Positions 10,353 through 19,432 of a DNA stretch of 34,459 nucleotides are shown one piece after another. Both the position numbers and the translations under genes were made by a program. The notes under the pieces were generated by a model, which made no database searches, was not told the DNA's origin, and was given only the letters and a program-made list of their open reading frames with translations. The first letter of the stretch is position 1. Each line of letters begins with the position of its first letter. This DNA is from a virus (taxonomy: Duplodnaviria > Caudoviricetes), in the IMG/VR virus record IMGVR_UViG_3300032274_000029, positions 1 to 34,459 of that record, one strand, 5' to 3'.

Positions 10353-11441
10353 TTATTTTCTTTTAATACTTCTAATTTTAAGTCCCTTACCACTATCTGT
10401 GTTTAGAGACTTAAACTGTGTTCCTCCTTTACTTGTTACTTCAGGTGTTCTACGTTCCGACATATTAATATTCTTTGTCTTACGCATCACATCTTCAGTA
10501 GCATTAGCTTTACCTTGCTCATAAAAGAACTTAGCAAACTTTTCAGGATTCTGTGCAATTGCTACACTCCTATGAAAACCTTTAGAATCTTTTAAAAGAC
10601 CACTATCATCTAAATACTTGGTTGCCCAACTACCTGGATTTAATGCACTCTTTTTTAAATCTTCTAAACTACCTGGAGAATACGTTATGGTTTCTTCACC
10701 TATATTGAACTCAAAACCTTTGAACTCAGGTGTAAATACTTCTAACGTTTTAGAGTCATAAAACTCTTTCTTTCTAGCAGTCTCTTCTTCATAAGACTTC
10801 GCATCTGCGATGTATTGCTTATAGCCTTCCATTTCTTTGTCAGAAACATTTGAAGCTTGCGTTCCCCTTGACTCAAGTGGTTGCTTATACTTCTCTTGCA
10901 TTCCTTTAAAGTAATCTTTTGCTTTAGCAATAGCTTTTTTCTTCTTTAACTTAATTTTCTTTATGTCACCCTCATCATCTAAATCTTCATCAAAAGAATA
11001 ATCATCCATTAAGGTTTCAATATCCTCTTCATCAAGACCATCTTCGGTAGCACGTAAATAATCTTTAAGTAAAGAATCAGGATTAGATTCATCAAAGTCT
11101 TTTTGTAACTCCACAAAATCTTTAATACCTCTACCTGTATCTTTTTTATATTTAAAGTAAGCAGCGACATCTTCAGGTAATTCTTCCTGAGTTTCTCGCT
11201 GACTCATTAACTCATCAAATGAATTAATTTCTTTATTATATCTTTTTCCAATATATGAAAGAACGTCTTTATCGTTTAATTCAGCTTTTGGCTCTTCAGC
11301 TTTTGGCTCTTCAGCTTTTGGCTCTTCAGCTTTAGGTTGGTCATCATTAGTCTTTTCTTCATGCTTATCTAAAAGCTCTTGTTCTACCTGTTGTACTGAT
11401 TTTTCTTCACCTACTGTTACTTCTTTTACTTTGAATTCCAT
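10353..11441 (-). CDS. capsid scaffolding protein
   Basis: highly charged (E/K/D), helical, EEPKA repeats, between portal and capsid. Confidence 0.7.
   Translation of the reverse strand: MEFKVKEVTVGEEKSVQQVEQELLDKHEEKTNDDQPKAEEPKAEEPKAEEPKAELNDKDVLSYIGKRYNKEINSFDELMSQRETQEELPEDVAAYFKYKKDTGRGIKDFVELQKDFDESNPDSLLKDYLRATEDGLDEEDIETLMDDYSFDEDLDDEGDIKKIKLKKKKAIAKAKDYFKGMQEKYKQPLESRGTQASNVSDKEMEGYKQYIADAKSYEEETARKKEFYDSKTLEVFTPEFKGFEFNIGEETITYSPGSLEDLKKSALNPGSWATKYLDDSGLLKDSKGFHRSVAIAQNPEKFAKFFYEQGKANATEDVMRKTKNINMSERRTPEVTSKGGTQFKSLNTDSGKGLKIRSIKRK
11280..11333. repeat. 15-bp tandem repeat TTCAGCTTTTGGCTC x3.6 (EPKAE linker)
   Basis: seen directly. Confidence 0.9.
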
Positions 11442-11461
11442 ATGATTAAATTTAATTACTA

Positions 11462-11469
11462 CAAATATA
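11462..11469 (-). promoter_or_regulatory. -7 promoter box (TATATTTG) for scaffold/capsid operon
   Basis: TAnnTTTG 20 nt upstream of ATG 11441. Confidence 0.65.
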
Positions 11470-11496
11470 AGAAAAAAATAATACCGTTTTTAGACA

Positions 11497-13932
11497 TTAT
11501 CTAGGATCAAACTCTGCTAAATTAAATCCATCAAGACTATCTTCATTAGATTCAAAACGCTGAGGTGGTAAATTATTTTTTCTTTGATTAATTAATCTTG
11601 ACTGTTCCTCGTTAGCTTGAGATATTCTGGCAGACTTTGCACCTTCTCTTTGAGTCTCTCTTTGGGATAAAGCCTGTTCAGATACGTCTCTAAGTTTCAT
11701 GTTATAGTCAAACTCTTCAGCCATTAATCTTAATTTTAATTGTGCTTCATTATTTTGTTTTTCTATTTCAAAAGCTATTTCAGCCTGCTTTAATTGCATT
11801 TTTCCTTGTATCTCTGCCTGTTGAGCTTGCATTGCCATTTGCTGCTTCATCTCTTGAGACTTTAATGCCTGTTGAGCTTGCATTGCCTGAGCTTGCATTG
11901 CTTGTTGTTGCTGCTGCTCTTGTAGTGCTTTACGCTTTACTTTAAGTAATTGATTAGCAAGCTTGATGTTTTTAATCTCTCGTATATCTATAGCATCTTC
12001 TAAATTAATGTCTCCCTTAGACAATGCCATTTGTATGTTCGCTTCTAATTGTGCTTTTTGTTCTTCGTCTGGAGCTATTTCAATAAATATACCGAAGTCG
12101 TAGATGTATAAGTCTTTTATCTGATTAAGAATACTAACATTATACTTACCTATGGCATTAGCAAAATCATCTTTAAAGTCTGCGTACTGTAATATGTCGG
12201 CAACCCTGTAAGTAATTGCTTCAGCTAAACTTCTATATAAATACAAAGAGCCTTCAAGTATATGCCTAGTCGCAACATTAGAATTTAATGCTGCCAATTT
12301 CTGTAAACCAACCAAAGAATTAGGATCAGGAGTAGATGCATCTCTAGCTTCATTTAATCCTGTAACCTGCCTAATCATTCCTAAGTAGTGATTATAATTG
12401 GAAATCAGCATCTGTGTTTTACTTGCACCAGAACTTGACTGTAGTTCTTTAATTGGAATTTTACCTTGGTTATAGTCTCCATCTTGAGTATAACTTCTAC
12501 CAATTACAGAACCTGTTTGGAAATATAATCTTAAAGCATCTTCTGGATTGTAAGCGTTTCCTGTTCCTAAGTCTACTTCATTTAATCCATCAGCATCAAT
12601 ATACACACCATCAGGTACTACCCTTGAAATAACTTGTTGCAGTTTCAAGTGAGTTATTTGTATTAGGTCTGCAAATGGAATCATACGTCTAGTTAAAGAC
12701 TCAATAACCCCTTTATACATTCTAGGAGCTACTGCGATATAGTTTGGTAATGCGTGTTGTTGAGCTGATTTTGGTCGTACCATATTCTCAGCAAGCTCCC
12801 ACTTTAAAACAATATTAGTTCCCATAACCATAATACCCTCATACCACACATCAATGGTTTTTTCCATCTTTTCAAACCTTCCTTCCTCCATCATTTCGAC
12901 TGGTGGATTGAATTGGTCATCTTTTTCTATAACCTTTGTTCCTCCGTTTTCTAATATCTTTTTTTTATAAACTACTTTTTTAGTGGTCTTATAATTAAAA
13001 TACATTAATGTAACAGTGTCTCTATAAAAAATATCATTCTCATAAAACTGAGCCACATTATAATAATCATACCAACTCTGAGAATACTTTGATATTTCCT
13101 CTAGGTCCTCATTTGTTAAAGACTGATCAATCTTCATTAACTCAGTAATTGGAAGTGTTTTAATTTCTCCCCAATAGAAACAATCTTTAAAGTGTGGGTC
13201 TTCTGTATAACTATAAACAATATTTGCAGGGTCTACATATTTAAGTTCAACACCTGCTCCTGGCAAAAACTCATGCTTTGTACAACCAATACCTAAAACA
13301 GTTAAATCATAGTCAACTCTTTTTCTAATATCGTTGTAATGGTTTTCTGCAAAAATAGTATTAATAGCCTCCTCTTCAGCAATCTCTATAGCAGGCTTAT
13401 ATTTAAGCTGCATATATAGGTTTAGCTCCTCATCAGTTTGAGGAAGGTCATCAGGATTCATTACGAAAGGATCAGCTCCTGTTTCTTTTTGAACAATTTG
13501 CAATATGTCTTTTGCTGCAGCTTGACCTTGTATCATGTCTTGATACTTACTTCTTTGAGATTGTGACATTGCATCTTCAGCATATGCCTTTACATCAAAT
13601 AACCTGTCATTCATTCCGTTGACAACAACATCTACAAATTTTGGAATGATAGGAACAGGTGTCCAATCCAAGTTTAAGTAACTTAAATCACCATCAACTG
13701 CTAATTCATTTTTATATTTAGCAACCGACTGCTCACCTCTAGCATAAAGACGAAGTCTGTAAAAATCTCTCCACTGATTATAGTATCTACATTGGTTGCC
13801 ATCTTTCTTAAACCACTCATATTGAATAGCCTGACCTATTTGTAAGCCGAACTCTTCTGAAGCTTTTTCGCTATCAGAAACAAACTGACTTGGAAACCCA
13901 ACAGAAGAAACATTTATTTTTACGTCTTTCAT
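11497..13932 (-). CDS. portal protein
   Basis: 811 aa directly after terminase; PVPIIPKFVDVVVNG motif; Gln-rich coiled-coil C-terminal barrel as in P22-like portals. Confidence 0.85.
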   Translation of the reverse strand: MKDVKINVSSVGFPSQFVSDSEKASEEFGLQIGQAIQYEWFKKDGNQCRYYNQWRDFYRLRLYARGEQSVAKYKNELAVDGDLSYLNLDWTPVPIIPKFVDVVVNGMNDRLFDVKAYAEDAMSQSQRSKYQDMIQGQAAAKDILQIVQKETGADPFVMNPDDLPQTDEELNLYMQLKYKPAIEIAEEEAINTIFAENHYNDIRKRVDYDLTVLGIGCTKHEFLPGAGVELKYVDPANIVYSYTEDPHFKDCFYWGEIKTLPITELMKIDQSLTNEDLEEISKYSQSWYDYYNVAQFYENDIFYRDTVTLMYFNYKTTKKVVYKKKILENGGTKVIEKDDQFNPPVEMMEEGRFEKMEKTIDVWYEGIMVMGTNIVLKWELAENMVRPKSAQQHALPNYIAVAPRMYKGVIESLTRRMIPFADLIQITHLKLQQVISRVVPDGVYIDADGLNEVDLGTGNAYNPEDALRLYFQTGSVIGRSYTQDGDYNQGKIPIKELQSSSGASKTQMLISNYNHYLGMIRQVTGLNEARDASTPDPNSLVGLQKLAALNSNVATRHILEGSLYLYRSLAEAITYRVADILQYADFKDDFANAIGKYNVSILNQIKDLYIYDFGIFIEIAPDEEQKAQLEANIQMALSKGDINLEDAIDIREIKNIKLANQLLKVKRKALQEQQQQQAMQAQAMQAQQALKSQEMKQQMAMQAQQAEIQGKMQLKQAEIAFEIEKQNNEAQLKLRLMAEEFDYNMKLRDVSEQALSQRETQREGAKSARISQANEEQSRLINQRKNNLPPQRFESNEDSLDGFNLAEFDPR

Positions 13933-16098
13933 TTATCTTATTATTTCACTACGACTTCCTTTATTGTTGTACCTAGCAAAGTTAACAATAATATTTGATT
14001 GTTTTTTCACAGGTTGATAAAGGTGTCTTTGACAAGCCATTATTGCTAAACCTGAACTAATAGAGGCATCAAACTTTGTTCTATTGCTTATATCAAACTT
14101 TGCCCAGTCTTCTAGTGTTCTAGTAAAAGGCATATAACCCATTTCATCTGGACCTATTAATCCTACGTGAGATTCAATATGAGACTCAATAGCTGCTGCG
14201 TGAGCCTGCTTTACTGCCTCACTTGAGTTAGGTATACCCCCAAGTTCTTTCTCTGTCTTAGAGAGCTTGTGTTTGAGTTTGTCTGGTCGATTAATACTAA
14301 AGCCTCTGTAGCCTCTATTTTTAAAATGATACAGTAAACGAGGTTTATTGTTTTCTACTAATATAGGCATTCCATAGAACACACAAGCCATCAATACTTC
14401 CTCAAAAAATATTTCTGCAGTTTGAGGTCTAGCCACATACTCTAAAAAAAACTGATTACTAGGAGCATCATCCATGTTAAATTTTGTAATTCCATGCAAA
14501 GCACCATTTGAAGCTCCACCTCCAACTGTTCCAGATATGTCATAGCTATCACAACCAAAAGCACCAAGATGCTCGTTTGCAGGAAAAAAATCACCTCTAT
14601 GGTTTTTCTTATACCTATTCTGCATATTTTTTTTAGGTATCCAACTTACTAAAAATCTCCCCCTAGTGTTTGGAGTCCATATAACCTCAGTATCTTTGAT
14701 TCCATTCTTCCAAGAAAAAGACCCACGAGTTAAATGGTGTTCTTTTATAAGCGAGTCGTTGTAATCAATCTGCTGATATATTCGTGTGAGATTAAACAAT
14801 GACTGCTTGCTTTCATCCCTAAACGCATGAGATTCAGTACGAGGAAATTGTCTGTAAAACTCATTTAAAGCATCAGGATCATTTTTTAAACTTTCAACTT
14901 CGTTGTTCCAGTAATCAACAACATCCTCCATAGGCATGCCATACTCATCAATGTATCCTTCAAAGTTCCACTCCATTGGTATAAACAACGAATACAATCC
15001 ACTTTTTGTTTGACCATTATTACTTCTGTTATTAGGATTAGAATCGTAGTAAAGTTTTTTAAACTCTTCACCACCCTTGTTTAGTGCATTTGATGTTGAA
15101 CCCATCATGCACTTTCCAATAATTCTTCTACCCAATCTTAAACAAGTTTTAGTGACACGATAATTATTTAGTATATTGTTTGGCTTTAGCCATTTACCAC
15201 TTTCATCATGTGCTAATAAAAGCAACTTCTCACCATCATAAGAGTTGTCATCTGTATTTTTCCAGTCAATAGTGGTATCTAAGCCTTCCATCTCATCATC
15301 ATCGACATTATACATATTTTTTTTAGTAATCTTGGATGCAGGAATTCTAAACGCCAACTCTGTTTTAGGCTTATCCATACCATCCTGCACAGGTTTAAAA
15401 AAGAAGGGATAGTTTCTAACAATAGGAACAACCTTATCTGTAAACATTTTTTTTGCATCAGAACCTGACTTAGACAAAATACCTATACGAGAGTTTTTAG
15501 ATATTGTCCCAACATTTGCACACTCTTCGGAAGCCATAAATGAAAATCCAGAACGTCTAATTTTCAAGTATATCATTCCAAAACACCTAGGGTCTGCTTT
15601 ACATGCTTCCCAAAAAATGTAAAAAATTCTATTTGCTTCCCTGAAGTCAGGATACCCTACATCAATCTTTGTCCACTGAAGATACATGTAGTGTGACCCT
15701 GTAATGTATGTGTATGTTTTGTTGTTTACAAACCAGTGCCCTTGTTCTCTTTTATCAAACTCATCCTCAATGTAATCTATCCACTTAGCTTTAAATGTAT
15801 TTGGTTGCTGATTCCACTGGAATATAGACTGTATTTTTAGTAGTGCTTTAGGATAATTTTTTCTTTCCCACTTAGTTGTGTCTCTTTGAAGAGACTCAGG
15901 AGTTTTTGGTAAACCTATTCGTAGTCCATTAATATCATACACCTCGCCTACTTCGCCTGTTTTAGAAATAATAACTAAATCATACTTCTCATCATAACCA
16001 TATTGCCATGACTTGTTTCTGTTCTTTTTCTTTAATATTCCTTTTGGAATATAATTATCCAGAACTCTGTGTAGATTATGAAGACCTTCTTTCTGCAA
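13933..16098 (-). CDS. terL: terminase large subunit (TTG start; start uncertain)
   Basis: Walker A-like LKIRRSGFS, Walker B LLLAHDESGKW, motif C MGSTS, RNase H-like FGCDSYD and late D. Confidence 0.9.
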   Translation of the reverse strand: MQKEGLHNLHRVLDNYIPKGILKKKNRNKSWQYGYDEKYDLVIISKTGEVGEVYDINGLRIGLPKTPESLQRDTTKWERKNYPKALLKIQSIFQWNQQPNTFKAKWIDYIEDEFDKREQGHWFVNNKTYTYITGSHYMYLQWTKIDVGYPDFREANRIFYIFWEACKADPRCFGMIYLKIRRSGFSFMASEECANVGTISKNSRIGILSKSGSDAKKMFTDKVVPIVRNYPFFFKPVQDGMDKPKTELAFRIPASKITKKNMYNVDDDEMEGLDTTIDWKNTDDNSYDGEKLLLLAHDESGKWLKPNNILNNYRVTKTCLRLGRRIIGKCMMGSTSNALNKGGEEFKKLYYDSNPNNRSNNGQTKSGLYSLFIPMEWNFEGYIDEYGMPMEDVVDYWNNEVESLKNDPDALNEFYRQFPRTESHAFRDESKQSLFNLTRIYQQIDYNDSLIKEHHLTRGSFSWKNGIKDTEVIWTPNTRGRFLVSWIPKKNMQNRYKKNHRGDFFPANEHLGAFGCDSYDISGTVGGGASNGALHGITKFNMDDAPSNQFFLEYVARPQTAEIFFEEVLMACVFYGMPILVENNKPRLLYHFKNRGYRGFSINRPDKLKHKLSKTEKELGGIPNSSEAVKQAHAAAIESHIESHVGLIGPDEMGYMPFTRTLEDWAKFDISNRTKFDASISSGLAIMACQRHLYQPVKKQSNIIVNFARYNNKGSRSEIIR
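15880..15895. repeat. 16-bp palindrome GTCTCTTTGAAGAGAC inside terL
   Basis: identical to the copy at 28791. Confidence 0.85.
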
Positions 16099-16357
16099 AT
16101 CCTTGTTTGTTGTCTAGTTTAGTTGGACCTCGTTCTTCGATTTCCATTAAATTTTTTTCATTTTCTATTCTAGTCAATATATCAAACGCATCAAATATTG
16201 CTAGTTTTTTTGTTGCTGCAGCATTCTTTAATCTGTCAGCAGCCAACTCATCCTCTGGGTCTGGCTTTATAATGTCTTCTTTTGCAACTTTAATAAGCTG
16301 CTCTACGGCTCTCATCCCTGCCTGAATAATATTCTTTTTTAAAGTTTTTGAGTCCAT
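16076..16357 (-). CDS. putative terminase small subunit (ATG 16357; ORF open to 16411)
   Basis: small helical protein immediately upstream of and overlapping terL. Confidence 0.5.
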   Translation of the reverse strand: MDSKTLKKNIIQAGMRAVEQLIKVAKEDIIKPDPEDELAADRLKNAAATKKLAIFDAFDILTRIENEKNLMEIEERGPTKLDNKQGFAERRSS

Positions 16358-16411
16358 TGCGATTCGGATTATATTTGATTCTTGGTCGTTTTTTTCTTTT
16401 TGGCTTATCAC

Positions 16412-16975
16412 TCATAATTTTATTGTTATTTGATGGTCAAACATTCGATATAGTTTTTCCCCATCCACTTCAAACTCGTATTCACTTTCAGGTTTAAAAC
16501 AGACCTTGTCCCCTGGATTTACATTTTGTGAACGCAGATAGTCGTTGCTATACTTTATTTCACCAACCAAAGGTTCTTCATTGGTGTTCTTATATAAATA
16601 GTAGTCTTCTGTAGGAAGAGGTTTAGTAAAGCAATACCTGCCACTAGTATTCCACTGCTTGCCATCATGATACATGTAAAACTGATCAGGCTCAACAAAA
16701 AATAAATCATCCATAAAAAAACTTCTTCCACTTTTACGTCTGCCCTGCATGTCATTGTAAAACTTAAATACGTTATGATGGACTAATAATTTATCTCCTG
16801 GTTTAATAGGACCATCATAAACAATTGGAGTGGCGATAACCTCTGCAATTCGATTTGAAGCTTTGTGGTTTTCCTCTGAAGTACTTGTTATAAAGTCTAC
16901 ATCACTAATTTTTTTAGTGTTGTTATACCTTTTATTGTTTAAGGGTTTGGTAATAAATAAGTAAGGTGATTTCAT
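16412..16975 (-). CDS. GroES-like (tandem co-chaperonin fold) protein
   Basis: two repeats of the KP...EV/EI...PGDK hydrophobic pattern typical of GroES beta-barrels. Confidence 0.5.
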   Translation of the reverse strand: MKSPYLFITKPLNNKRYNNTKKISDVDFITSTSEENHKASNRIAEVIATPIVYDGPIKPGDKLLVHHNVFKFYNDMQGRRKSGRSFFMDDLFFVEPDQFYMYHDGKQWNTSGRYCFTKPLPTEDYYLYKNTNEEPLVGEIKYSNDYLRSQNVNPGDKVCFKPESEYEFEVDGEKLYRMFDHQITIKL

Positions 16976-17205
16976 TAGAAGTTAATATTATACTCAATAG
17001 ACACAGGCATATTAATAAACTGCTTCCATAACACAATTTCTTCATTATATGTAGATTCAATCCATATTTTAAAAGAGTCATTACTGTCATCATACCTTAT
17101 GTGGTGAATTTTATATGTGCCTTTTAGTATTTCTTGACCTACAACATAATGCATAGCTCCACCTTTGTAATCAGGACCTACTGCTATCTTACGAATATCA
17201 TTCAT
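16975..17205 (-). CDS. hypothetical protein
   Basis: 76 aa; upstream -7 box at 17227-17234; TAATG coupling to next gene. Confidence 0.75.
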   Translation of the reverse strand: MNDIRKIAVGPDYKGGAMHYVVGQEILKGTYKIHHIRYDDSNDSFKIWIESTYNEEIVLWKQFINMPVSIEYNINF

Positions 17206-17226
17206 TTAATTTGATTTGATTTATAA

Positions 17227-17234
17227 CAAATATA
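17227..17234 (-). promoter_or_regulatory. -7 promoter box (TATATTTG) for packaging operon
   Basis: TAnnTTTG just after terminator, 21 nt before ATG. Confidence 0.65.
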
Positions 17235-17237
17235 AGT

Positions 17238-17270
17238 AAAAAAAAATACCCCTAAATAAATAGAGGTATT
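17238..17270 (-). terminator. Rho-independent terminator
   Basis: AATACCTCTA/TAGGGGTATT stem followed by a T run on the minus strand. Confidence 0.8.
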
Positions 17271-17274
17271 CTAA

Positions 17275-17363
17275 GCGAAGAGGCGATCCTAATTGGCAAC
17301 TTCTCAAAGATGTAAGCCTAATTGACAATTTCACAAAGAAATAAGCCTAATTGAACACCTCGC
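17275..17363 (-). ncRNA. three-fold symmetric three-way-junction RNA with 3 x CAAUUAGG (29-nt period)
   Basis: repeat at 17288, 17317, 17346; stems contain G-U pairs valid only on the minus strand. Confidence 0.6.
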
Positions 17364-17378
17364 ATATTTTAAAACCCA

Positions 17379-18281
17379 TTAGTTCTTCTGCCTTACAGAA
17401 GGACCAGTAGCTCCTTGTGTTATTGTATATCCATTTACAAATTCATTATCATTACCATCATATTGATATTTTAACATTACTGGGTTTGATAAATCTCCAA
17501 ATATGTATGGCAACTCATGGTTTGTGTTTGTCCATGTAGGGTTTGGTATGCCTATAGCAAATTTCATTATAATTTGTGATGTTCTTAAGTCGAATGGATC
17601 ATCAGGAGTCACATTAGACCTAGGATGGTGTACCGTAAGCCTTGTACCCCAATAATTACCTGATGCCGTAGCAGGAAGTGAGGTCACTTCTGTATTTGTA
17701 CCATCAAACAAAAACGATAAAGGATTAAAAGGCACTTCAATATAAGTGGTAGGTCTCAGCGAAGCAAAGTCAGTTATCAATGATCCTGTCTTAGCAATCT
17801 TTAATTCACTATTTATATCCCACTCTGTTGTAATAGGAAATAAATTAAGATTAACCCCTGCATAAATAGCATCTTGTTGTGATGATGCCCAATTGCTTCC
17901 TGGAAAATTAGCTCTCTGATATAATCCATTGTCATGAGAAGGATGAATAAAATTAGCCCTTTTCATAACATACTCAAGAGAAGTAGGGTTCTTATAAGAT
18001 CTTGCCTTTTTATATCTAAACATAAAAAGCCTAGGATTTTTAGTTAACCACTCTGTTTCAACAGGTTTTTGCATATTTACAAAAGTACGTACACCAGGTT
18101 TTTTTAAAATATACATATATGGCGTAGGAATATCTAATGAGCCTGATGTGCCAATATATTCCTTTAATCCATCTACGGTAATGTTTTTAGTTACGTTTGT
18201 AGGCGTTCCATTTTCTTGACTAATAATAATCTTATCAGTCCCTTGTGGAGTTACGGTATTGTATGTGCTAATCTTTGGCAT
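17379..18281 (-). CDS. putative virion appendage protein
   Basis: 300 aa; N-terminal MPKISTY...TDKIII...TKNITV pattern common to tail appendage anchor domains. Confidence 0.5.
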   Translation of the reverse strand: MPKISTYNTVTPQGTDKIIISQENGTPTNVTKNITVDGLKEYIGTSGSLDIPTPYMYILKKPGVRTFVNMQKPVETEWLTKNPRLFMFRYKKARSYKNPTSLEYVMKRANFIHPSHDNGLYQRANFPGSNWASSQQDAIYAGVNLNLFPITTEWDINSELKIAKTGSLITDFASLRPTTYIEVPFNPLSFLFDGTNTEVTSLPATASGNYWGTRLTVHHPRSNVTPDDPFDLRTSQIIMKFAIGIPNPTWTNTNHELPYIFGDLSNPVMLKYQYDGNDNEFVNGYTITQGATGPSVRQKN

Positions 18282-18300
18282 AACTAATATTTTACTTTAA

Positions 18301-18308
18301 CAAATATA
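18301..18308 (-). promoter_or_regulatory. -7 promoter box (TATATTTG)
   Basis: TAnnTTTG 19 nt before ATG 18281. Confidence 0.6.
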
Positions 18309-18716
18309 CTATTTTTTATTTTTAAATATTGGAGCTACCTTATCTGCTATTTTTTCAGCACTTCTACCTATAACATATCCTCCAATACCTATGTCTAGTA
18401 AATTCCAAAACTCAGGCTCTAACTCAGGAGTTATTAAATGTGATGATAGCTGAGATATAAATTTAGTATAAATTATAATAAACCCAAATGACAACATAAG
18501 GATTGGTCTCCAACTTCTCTGAAGCCAATTACCTTTTGCTTCAGCTAAAATTATATCTGTCTGCATCTTCTGCAACTCAAGCTCTTTCTCTTGAAGAACT
18601 TTAAATATTTCATTCTTGGCTTTTATTCTTTCCTCATCGCTAGTAAACAACTCATCAACAACGTCACCAATTTGCTTAAATACTTTTGTTCCAAAAAACT
18701 CTAATATTTTTTTCAT
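18309..18716 (-). CDS. holin (GTA/3TM-type)
   Basis: NWLQRSWRP motif followed by TM helices and GGYVIGRSAEK; next to endolysin. Confidence 0.75.
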   Translation of the reverse strand: MKKILEFFGTKVFKQIGDVVDELFTSDEERIKAKNEIFKVLQEKELELQKMQTDIILAEAKGNWLQRSWRPILMLSFGFIIIYTKFISQLSSHLITPELEPEFWNLLDIGIGGYVIGRSAEKIADKVAPIFKNKK

Positions 18717-18717
18717 A

Positions 18718-19089
18718 CTAATAAGTCCACATTACTTGTTGAGACTTGTCAAAATCTAAGTCTACATGAATAAAGGTGTCAGCAACTCCTATTCTTTGAA
18801 AACCTGTTTCTTGCAATAGAAATATTAAATGAAATCTATCTGTAGAATTGTTGCATCTTATATCTGCAGCCAATCCATACATGTGGCTTGATCCCTTTGA
18901 TGTTTCTGTTTTAGGCTTCCCTCCTACTGCAGCATTATGCTCTTCTGTCCTGTAGCCACTATTTATAATGATAGGTTTACCAAATTTATCTCTTACCTCA
19001 TCAAGCATATCAAGAAAATCTTCATGCATTAACGAGCCACTTCCAGGCATGTCTGGAGAATCAAATTCATCATAGGTAAAGTAGTTCAT
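18718..19089 (-). CDS. endolysin, peptidase M15 (Zn D-Ala-D-Ala peptidase fold)
   Basis: SGYR...SSHMYGLAAD...FIHVD motif. Confidence 0.85.
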   Translation of the reverse strand: MNYFTYDEFDSPDMPGSGSLMHEDFLDMLDEVRDKFGKPIIINSGYRTEEHNAAVGGKPKTETSKGSSHMYGLAADIRCNNSTDRFHLIFLLQETGFQRIGVADTFIHVDLDFDKSQQVMWTY

Positions 19090-19241
19090 TTTTTTTCTTT
19101 ATAATTTGCATAAATTCTTTGTGCAGTATATACTATTGATCCAAGCAATAGTATTATTTTAAGTACTGCTTCTATTTCACTAAATGAAATTACTAAAGCA
19201 ATACTATTTAGTAGGTATATTTTCAAATCCGATAAGGTCAT
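19086..19241 (-). CDS. small 2-TM membrane protein, putative holin (51 aa, MTLSDLKIYLLNSIALVISF...KEKK)
   Basis: manual translation; hydrophobic with basic C-terminus; ATGA overlap with endolysin. Confidence 0.65.
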   Translation of the reverse strand: MTLSDLKIYLLNSIALVISFSEIEAVLKIILLLGSIVYTAQRIYANYKEKK

Positions 19242-19245
19242 TTTA

Positions 19246-19344
19246 TTAAACATTGTTATATTCATAATTAATTAAAACTGCTGAAAAACAAGAATTATCT
19301 TGAATATAATGATATGTAATGCTTGAGGGACTGCAGTATTTCAT
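19246..19344 (-). CDS. possible 32-aa peptide (MKYCSPSSITYHY...)
   Basis: manual translation; ATG 5 nt downstream of a -7 box. Confidence 0.35.
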   Translation of the reverse strand: MKYCSPSSITYHYIQDNSCFSAVLINYEYNNV

Positions 19345-19349
19345 ATAAA

Positions 19350-19357
19350 CAAAGTTA
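19350..19357 (-). promoter_or_regulatory. -7 promoter box (TAACTTTG) for lysis cassette
   Basis: TAnnTTTG upstream of holin/endolysin. Confidence 0.55.
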
Positions 19358-19432
19358 ACAAAATTTATTTAGATGTTTTAAACTAAGAACCAGGTGGAGT
19401 CGGAGGTGGAAATATCATAATTAAGGCATTTT

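Noticed and set aside
17288-17353. Mini-CRISPR array
   Set aside because: The repeat is only 8-12 nt, the 'spacers' resemble each other and form hairpins, and there are no cas genes; it is better explained as a symmetric RNA
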